Made by a program: the position numbers and the translations under genes. A stretch of DNA of 58,126 bases, the filler included, from Sphacelaria rigidula (taxonomy: Eukaryota): NCBI GenBank assembly GCA_964200075.2. It is 4 parts of 4 records of this genome, joined end to end, with 100 filler letters (N's around TTAATTAATTAA, not from the genome) between each part and the next. Parts side by side here need not be neighbours in the genome. Positions count along the whole stretch, not along the records: positions 43,676 to 58,126 come from CAXNAA020002235.1; 3 more parts are not named here. One strand, 5' to 3'. Shown here in pieces: positions 50,100-58,126 of the stretch. Numbering within the stretch: position 1 is the stretch's first letter; each line of letters begins with the position of its first letter. A model generated the notes under the pieces. That model saw nothing but the letters and a program-made list of their open reading frames with translations, was not told the origin of the DNA and did no database searches.

Positions 50100-51190
50100 A
50101 AACACCTGGTAGCGATCAACAACTCAAGGGAAAGCCAGGTGTCCCTAGCAAAAAAAATTAAACTCCGAAGAGCCTGGGTTCCAGCAATTGCAATGCTCAA
50201 GCAGCACTGGAAGATGACAACATACAAGGTACAGTACAGGAAGGTGATACGCTCAATGGGGACCACATCATTTTCTCCTGCACTCAAATAAAACCCCGCC
50301 AGGGAGAAAACGGACACAGCTGACGCCACTACCGGCGCTGCCCTCCACTGCGACCGCTCGGGCCCAACCCGTGAAGTCTACGGGTCCGTCAACCACGCAT
50401 CATGAATTCATATAGCTGCCGGAATCCCCTTAGTCCGTGCTTTCGTTCCACCCACAGCGGATGAATGTTCGGACGAAAACCACCCCGTCAGACCACACGC
50501 CACAGAATAGCCATAAAATCTGATACGACACCAGGTAATGGAAACCACTCGTATCATCCATCAACTCCTAAAAATGCTTCTCCCAGGCCATCTCCGTGAC
50601 CCCTCAACGGTACTCGTTGAAAGATCCGACATCGTATACCACACGTGGCTTCGTAGGTTTCACTCTCAGCGGTTGAATCAGTCGCGGATGCGGTGTCCCA
50701 CCGGGCCTTTTTACCTGCGCCCACAGCATCAGACTTCCTTTCGCCACCAATCTTGCCACCTCCGTCTCCACGAAGACGGCACGTTCAGATGGTATCATGT
50801 TCGGAAACACTTGCCGCGGGGAAACATCTACCCGAATTGATAGCCGCAACGACTCCCATTCGGAGCGGTAATTCAAGAACATACTTCCAGCACGTTGACA
50901 GCCTCCACTACCCGTGGCAAGTCTCCCTTCGATCGGGGTCCACATCCACCATATCCCCACTCCACAACCGCGTGTGGTCCCGGAGCGACCCCGGCAAAAA
51001 GTTCTCGCCATCACGAAACGCTAGCTTCCATGGCAGGACTGACTCTACCTGCTCCCAACCCTTCACGACCTCAGCGCTAGAAGGGACCCACACGGGGCGA
51101 TATTTGACCAGCCAGACTTGTCGTGCACATTCTGTTTCTGATTCTGATAATTCCGGCTGTGGCGCCTCCCAAGTCCACTGCACGGTCTCG
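50100..51190 (-). pseudogene. Decayed DIRS/Ngaro-type retrotransposon reverse transcriptase
   Basis: NFLPGSLRDHTRLW, FVETEVARLVAKG, PLRVKPTKPRVVYD, DDTSGFH, GWNES, KGIPAAI*IHDAW (degenerate YxDD) and AGFYLS...VPIERITFL, with stops and frameshifts. No tyrosine recombinase was found. Confidence 0.75.
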
Positions 51191-54100
51191 GATATCTAGC
51201 GCTACCCACCGTGCGTCTGCATCAACCTATGTAATCGCGGCACGGGATACACGCAGTAATCGTGTTATCATATCTGTATGAGTATCGTTGTCACGCAAAC
51301 AGTGATACGATGCGGCAAGCGGTCAGGGTTCCGTCCCAGTTCATCATGGATGGGTTCAGTGACCTCCTACCCCAATGCGGCCCCTGACACTTTACCGTAG
51401 TGGTAATCGCTAATTTTAACCCGGCGGGGCTTGTGCCCGGATCCACAGGGCTACCGGGATCGCTGAGCTGCAGCGCGCACCCCCGCGGGTGCAGGGTACT
51501 CCCGTGATTGTGCAGTAGAGTTCTTTTTACCATGAATCCGCCAATAATGATGGCAACATATCACCGTGACGACATTGGTCAAGGCCTAGCAATCCACCCT
51601 GTGATGCATCGCAAATGAGTGGATGTGCAAAGCGAATAATCATACCATTACATGAATCAACATGCGATTCGGGCTGTTGTTCTACCGCCCAGGCTGAAAA
51701 TGGCCCACGCCTCTTTTTGTCAGTCCTCTGTTCGACCGCCAACACGCACCCCCGTCACTATCCACCCTAGCACCCGGGAATTGGCTCAACGCTGGACACG
51801 ACCCACCGCAAATAAACGGCGAAACCGACTGGAAGAAAGCATCCTCGATGATCCCCTATACCACCAACCCTTACTTGGCTGCACGAGGACTAGATGATCA
51901 CACCAGCAATAGCAGCACCCGCTGCTAGCAATCGGTCTACAAACTCAGGTTCATGCCAAGAGCTCCGCTCTGCGCCCAGTAGGGCGTGATTCAATCAGCC
52001 ATCCGGCCGCGCGTGACACCCCCTACAAAACTCCGCCTCCACAAATTGGCAGTTCCAACTCGGTGAGCACGGTAAAGTTTGAGAAAGTGATACAGCAAAA
52101 CCCGCGCGTGAGCGCATGTCACATGCACCCTCGCGCACATACACCACGGGGCCATGCACCTGCACCAGCCGGCATCCCATGAAGGACGCCTCAACAACGC
52201 AAGGTCGCCTGGCGGACACAAGCAAGCAAATCGAGGAATCATACAGTAGCATTAAAGTAGAAACGTGGCGTCCCGCCAGCGCCACGCTTGCTCAAGCGCC
52301 GCCGCCCTATTGAAGTTGACAGCACTGTTTCTCGCCCATTTCCAATGAGGATAGACAGTCCATGTGCACGACGGAAACTCAAGCAAATCGGTGGGACTAG
52401 GATACAACCGCAGGAAGCCGCTCTTCACCGTGCGACACAAACACTCCCACAGACAGGGGACCCGTCGGGCACATATTCCCTCGCATTTAATCTGCACATT
52501 GGCCCCGCCTGACGCGTGCGACATCAGCGCGTGAACTTCGCACCGCAGGCCTTTGCTTTGCTCTTGCATGCAACACCATGGGCATCAGCTGCTCGGCGTC
52601 CTTCCCTTGCATGGGGTTTGGTACTGGCACACCAGGCCTGCCCCTTCAACGGGCTGCCGTGGGTGTCTGTGGGATAGAACTACGCAATGTCGCACTGCAC
52701 CCGTGGTGGATTGGTTCTTCCTGCACATACCCGACGCAGGAAATGAGCTAACATAGAGCACTACCGCTTGTAACCTACAGCCTCAAATCTGAATACCTGC
52801 AAACCGCATTCGCAGCAGACGTACCCATTGAACATCACCTACCCCCGCCACAAGCACCGTATCACACGCAATTTTGGCCAGCATAATACTGCGCAGGTCG
52901 CCGTACCCTTTCATCTGGGCGTCGGGATCTCTGCTCCCATCACCATCATGCTTCTCCTCGTCACTAGCCGCACCAGACCTGGCTGTTTCAACCTGCTGCC
53001 GTCAAACCCACGGCCGCTGCACCTGTCGTTACCGCTCTCTGACTACCTTATCTGCCGTGCCCTGCGACGGGTCCTCATATCGGTGTGCACTCCCTTCAAA
53101 ATTTGTTACCGCTTTTCGCTTGCTATCGGTGCTTTATGCTGAGGTTTTCAGACAGCCCGTTACGATGAAATGAGACCGTGGTAGGCTCAAAGCCACTAGG
53201 CTGCATGAGTCATAAGTGCCCTCGAAGATGGGTCGTTGTGGTGTACATCAAAGCGTAAACGCTGATTGAATGTAGAAGAGCGGGTGAATTGCCGCGAGCA
53301 CAGGATTATTACGTACGTGGAACACGTCAGAAGAGTGGTCCTATTTGCCGTCTAATTAGAGATGTGTGGTAGACTTTGTATAGGAAATGTCATATGATTC
53401 ATGATGGATATCATATGGGGTGTTTTATCATCATTTAGCAGATGCCAAATGGTACACACCCTCCAAGTAGGAGAATATGGGGGATCAGGGGGTTGGATAG
53501 CTGATAAAAGGTACTGAGCCAGCATATATTGCTGTTCACCGCATGGTGGTATAACCTGGAAGGTGAAAAAATGCTGTCGAACCGTACATACGTTTTACAT
53601 CAACGACTGAACAATAGAGTATCACGGTGCTGCAATATAGTAGGAAACAGTCAGGGTGTCATCGCTCGCCTACGGACACAATATACGCTGTTTCGATGCC
53701 TGCTCAATGTTGTACAACAACAGTGCAGTTATCTTGACAGCACGAGACGGGGCCAACAGGTCGCAAAGACTGCGTAAAGAGCAGAAGCTATCATCTTTTT
53801 GGAGGAGCTTTAATAGTTGAGTGGTCGTTGCAATTGTAAAACACAGCTTCGACCGCCACGGAACCAACTTTGCCCCAGCCAGTCACGCAAACACATGTCA
53901 TGGATGACACGCATTTTGTTTCCACCAAACTATAACGCTAGCTGACCCAAAACTCAACCATTGGCGGACGGAGGACCAAGGGGGAACGGGGGTGGATGGA
54001 ATACCCTGCGCAGAGCGTGCTCGGATTTCAGCCAAAATATATGCGCGCCCTGCGCCCACGCTGGGCGAGCGCTTGGAACTGTAAGCCGTACAAAGATCCG

Positions 54101-55390
54101 AATGTAATGGGTCAACATGAAAGCCAGATGTATGTTCAGCCATCGCCCACTATCGTCGGACTGGGGCAGCCTCTACTGTCACCAGGTGACCGATGTTTGA
54201 TGTTGAGCGTTTGGTGGGGTAATGCAGGCTGCTGGATCATTGTTGGACAAAACTGTTGTGTGTGTGGGGGGGGGGGGAGGGGGGAGGGGGGCAGCGATGC
54301 AAAATAGCCGATTGTGCACTCGTCCTCATGTCCAAATTGCAACGCAAAAACTGTTCACCCTTCGATCGCCAGCATCGCTCATATATTGAATCGACATCAG
54401 TTTCACTTGAAAAATTAATGCCCGACTCAGATGAACTACCCTCGTGGTCAAGGAGTCAACCCCTTGACGGCGAGCATGGGTCATCAGTTGAACCCACTTC
54501 ATCTTCACTTGAAAAACGTATTCATCATCCAGATGGACTACCTTCGCGGCCAAGGGCTCATTAAGGTACATCAGCACGAAAGGAGCAGAGTGACACGGTG
54601 CGGGAAATATCTCGGAGAGCCCATGCTGGGAAAAGACTAGTGGGTGCCGACGTGAATTTTCAGAGCACACGCAGAATTTGGTTGACTCGTCCTGCACGTG
54701 GTCAATATATAAACTCATAGAAAATAGCATAGTCACCAGTCATGTGGGAATGGCGTGCTCTCTTCCGTCCAGTGTTGAGTAGGCAGCAGCGATTCATAGA
54801 GAAAGGCATGCCACGCAAGGCAGATCGCGCCTGGCCACCAGTCATGTGGGAATGGCGTGCTCTGTTGAATGAGAAGTAGTGCAATTCGCGTGGCTCTCGA
54901 AAACTGTTACGTGGGATTTTATCGATCGCCCTATCCTATTGCATACGTCTGACAGCTCATGAGCTAACCGTATCAACTAATCGAAGAGCACGCCCCGATC
55001 CCTCGTCCAAAAACACCGAATACGTGACAGCAGGGTCTGAGAAGCCAAAGCGCCACCTTTGCGCTACTCGGTGAGCTCGGCTTCAAACTCTGTGGGGAGA
55101 AAAATTAGAAAAGGGGCCGCATGAGCTATTGATAGCACATGATCCGATTTAGTAAAGCAATAAAAGGTAATATTCAGGTAGCTCGTGAGGGGTCCGACAT
55201 GGGTCATCATGTCACATGAAAACGGACATGACAAACCGTTGTTCGCCGCACAGCGCACTGGTACGCTCAAGACCGACATCGTAGCGTATTTCGTATCCCT
55301 GTGCTGGTCATGTAGCCCTTACAGTCAGCGAAGGCGTGGTCTGTTTGCGCTTTCTTTGCATCGAGTAGAATTTTGCTCGCGAGTAGCCGG

Positions 55391-55630
55391 TCGCACCGGT
55401 GGCTCGGTTGGTAACCTCAAACCTTCTGACGGTTGGGTCGTGGGTTCGAATTTCGGTGCAGTCACACGATCCGGGATTTTTCTCACACCATGCCCAACGA
55501 TGGAGAGCGACCATGTCGTGGATGCACAAGATTCGATTCCACCGTTGACGAGGGGAAGGGACTGCTGAACCCCTTAATTGATAAAGGCATCGTCCCGTAG
55601 AGGACGCGCTCTGGACAGGGGAATGTGTAT
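55391..55630 (+). mobile_element. tRNA-derived SINE (3' end approximate)
   Basis: A-box-like TGGCTCGGTTGG (55400) and B-box GGTTCGAAT (55443) at tRNA spacing, without a cloverleaf. Confidence 0.55.
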
Positions 55631-56029
55631 ACCTTCTTGTATTAAACTCTCCTGACCTTCACTAACCAAACATCACCCGTGCACGCTCCACCCGAGCTGC
55701 TCTTTTTCACCCAAACGCAATGACCGAAATGCACCAAAAACACAACTGACCGGGGTAGGTAGGACCGTGTACTGGGTTCTCCCATATGCCCTGCATCCAG
55801 TCGTAACACAATCCGTTACCGCAGACGATATCCGATACCCATGATATTTCATCAATCGGCACCGCATGTACCTGAATTAATCCACATACACCTGCACTAT
55901 TCTTCAGCTCGACGATTTTCTATTAGCCCCCCTCATCGAGGCTCAACCTTACTCATAGCACACAAGAAATCTTAGTTCCATCCCATGAGATCGGACAAAT
56001 TAAAAGCACAGATGCCGGGATACATGGCA

Positions 56030-56340
56030 GACTCAGGAAGAAAAAAACAAAATCATCAAGGAGCGTCGCCTCCTGAATTATATGCCCCTCTGACCCCACA
56101 TCATCTCACCATTTTCGGGGGCACTAAGTATCAAAACTCATGACACGTTTTTTGCAAAAATACATCAAGAACAACATACTTTTCTCACCACGGAAGTGGC
56201 GGAATACACGGGGGACTCAGCAAGGAAAAAATCAAAGTTATCAAGGAGAATCACTTCCTACGTTATATGCCCCCCTGACCCCATATCATCTCCACATTTC
56301 GAGAGCATAAAATGTCAAAACTCGGGACGCGTTTTTCCAC
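56030..56340. repeat. Two diverged copies of an ~185-bp unit
   Basis: gactcag..aaaaaa..tcaaggag...ttatatgcccc..tgacccca.atcatctc...tcaaaactc at ~56030 and ~56214. Confidence 0.7.
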
Positions 56341-57119
56341 AAATATCTCACAAACATTTGGCCCGAAATCCAAGATCAATAAATTAATCAACCAAATAGA
56401 ATCCGTCATATGTCATGACCCATTAAAAATTAATCTTGTCATATCGATCGACCCCTTGACCTTTTTCGTGGTGACAGCACATGCTTGGAAAATTTTGAGT
56501 TTCATGCCGAAAATCAAACCCATATGAAGGGAGAATTCCCATCATGTCGTCATCTCGGTGATAATATAAAAAACCGAGAATGAATCACAACAATCGAACT
56601 CAATCGAACTCAATCGAACTGTGGTGAAATGCATGATACACTACAAAGCGTAATATCTCCATGCAAGATTAAACAAATCTTTGTCGAGCATTCCAAATGC
56701 TGCTGCAGATATGATGCCCACTAGTCAAATCCCTGCATTCGGACAGCAGTCACACTGCTGCGCTTTTACTAAAAATCAAAATATTCAATACATGAATCTA
56801 CCATCAAGCTGAAGTGGTCTACAAATAAACACTTGACAGCCCACATTCAGAGAATGATATCCTACAAAGTCCATCTCGGGCTTTCTGCATTCTTCCATGG
56901 TGACGCCCCCCCTCCTCCATCGAACCGGCACCTCATACTTGCTCCACTCCACCGGCATCACTTCCCTGCTGCAACCCATCGGGACCGCCCCCTCGCTCCG
57001 TTTCACCGGTGCCGACGACGCCACGCATTGAAATGTGTTGCCGATTGTGTCGGTGGTGGCGGCCATGGTGTTGGCATTTGTCGTGTCGGACTCGGAGTTG
57101 AAGTAAAAAATGGTTGTTG

Positions 57120-57365
57120 TGGCGCGGCGGTAAGTGAAAATGGTCACGGTGGCACAGCGGTAATAGGTAAATATATGTATGGCGGTGCTGCGGTGGGTGG
57201 AAATGATGACGGCGGCACAGCGGCACTGGGGAAATTTATATGTGGCGGTGCTGCGGTGGGTGGAAATACTGACGGCGGCACAGCGGTAATGGGAAAATGG
57301 GAAATATATATGTGTTGCGGCGCTGCGGTGGGTGGAAATGATGGTCACGGCGGCGCGGCAGTGGT
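57120..57365. repeat. Degenerate ~30/60-bp GC-rich tandem repeat
   Basis: Alternating ggcggtgctgcggtgggtggaaat and ggcggcacagcgg units. Confidence 0.8.
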
Positions 57366-58126
57366 AGAGACGTGCTGGTGTTGATTGGGCGATGAGGCAG
57401 TATGGTATGAAAATGACAGTGGCGTCGGTTCAGCTTTTACCGCGTTCGTCAGCGGCTGCGGGGATGCCGGCGGATCGGCGACGGTACTCGCTCCATAACC
57501 CCCCCTGCCGTCAAGCGGTAACGGTGGTGGTCGCAGAAGCTCTACACGCGGAACAGGTCGCACGGAAGATATACCACTTGCCGGGGAATCAGACTAGATA
57601 CTAACACCTGATGTGTCAGACGGAACGCTTGTAGCGGAGGCGGACTGGACAAAGAAACCGAGGGGTGGAAATACAACGCCTTCGGCGGAATAATGGCGTG
57701 AGCCAGTACTGGGGGAAGAATGAAAACTATCTCTTTCCTCACTCGGGGGCAGACTACAAGACGCTAGAGTTACGGGCGCGCCTGACCCCCCAAAATGCGC
57801 AAAAAAAGTATTACAGACCAACACCACGAAAAGACACGAACAGATCGACTTTTGGGGCTTATCTAAGCCCGTCGGGTAAAATACGCCCCACGTCATCAGA
57901 AGAGAACGATATGGATCAAAAATTCATATAGAGAACCCTACACTTACTTCCGTTGATGTTCCTCATATATTGCATGCCACTGCGTCGCTTTTCGTCCGCG
58001 CTTGCGATACGCTGGAATGCCAGGAGGCTAGTTGGGTTGACCCGAGCCAACCCACACCGAGAACCCTCGGGCAAGGGCGGTACATACATTCTCGAAATAA
58101 AGTGAGGCCTTGGTAGACCCCAAATC

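Noticed and set aside
56785-57384. Overlapping 187-aa and 183-aa ORFs as genes
   Set aside because: They stay open because of a GC-rich tandem repeat. The most protein-like (Pro-rich, minus-strand) frame contains stops.

Overview
This is eukaryotic, intron-rich DNA, most likely from a brown alga or related flagellated stramenopile (inferred from an axonemal dynein, short exons in long introns and the repeat types). It is not one locus. Four contigs of 14461, 14457, 14457 and 14451 bp are joined by identical 100-bp N44-TTAATTAATTAA-N44 spacers. Contig 1 holds the main result: an apparently intact two-exon gene (6046-8172, GC-AG intron) for a helicase-less HUH/Y1 endonuclease of the Replitron transposase type, with N-terminal AT-hooks and a C-terminal PHD-like finger. 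It lies in a roughly 9-kb repeat-structured block with a second spliced gene of unknown function, an array of direct repeats and hairpins, and a motif repeated on both sides of the gene. A decayed Copia pol and several MITEs follow. Contig 2 has exons of an unidentified Ser-rich/coiled-coil gene and an RTE LINE fragment. Contig 3 has nine phase-consistent exons of an outer-arm-type dynein heavy chain tail and a mariner transposase remnant. Contig 4 has two exons of an ABM-like protein, a decayed DIRS-type reverse transcriptase and SINE/LINE remnants. All calls come from manual translation and motif recognition; no searches were run.
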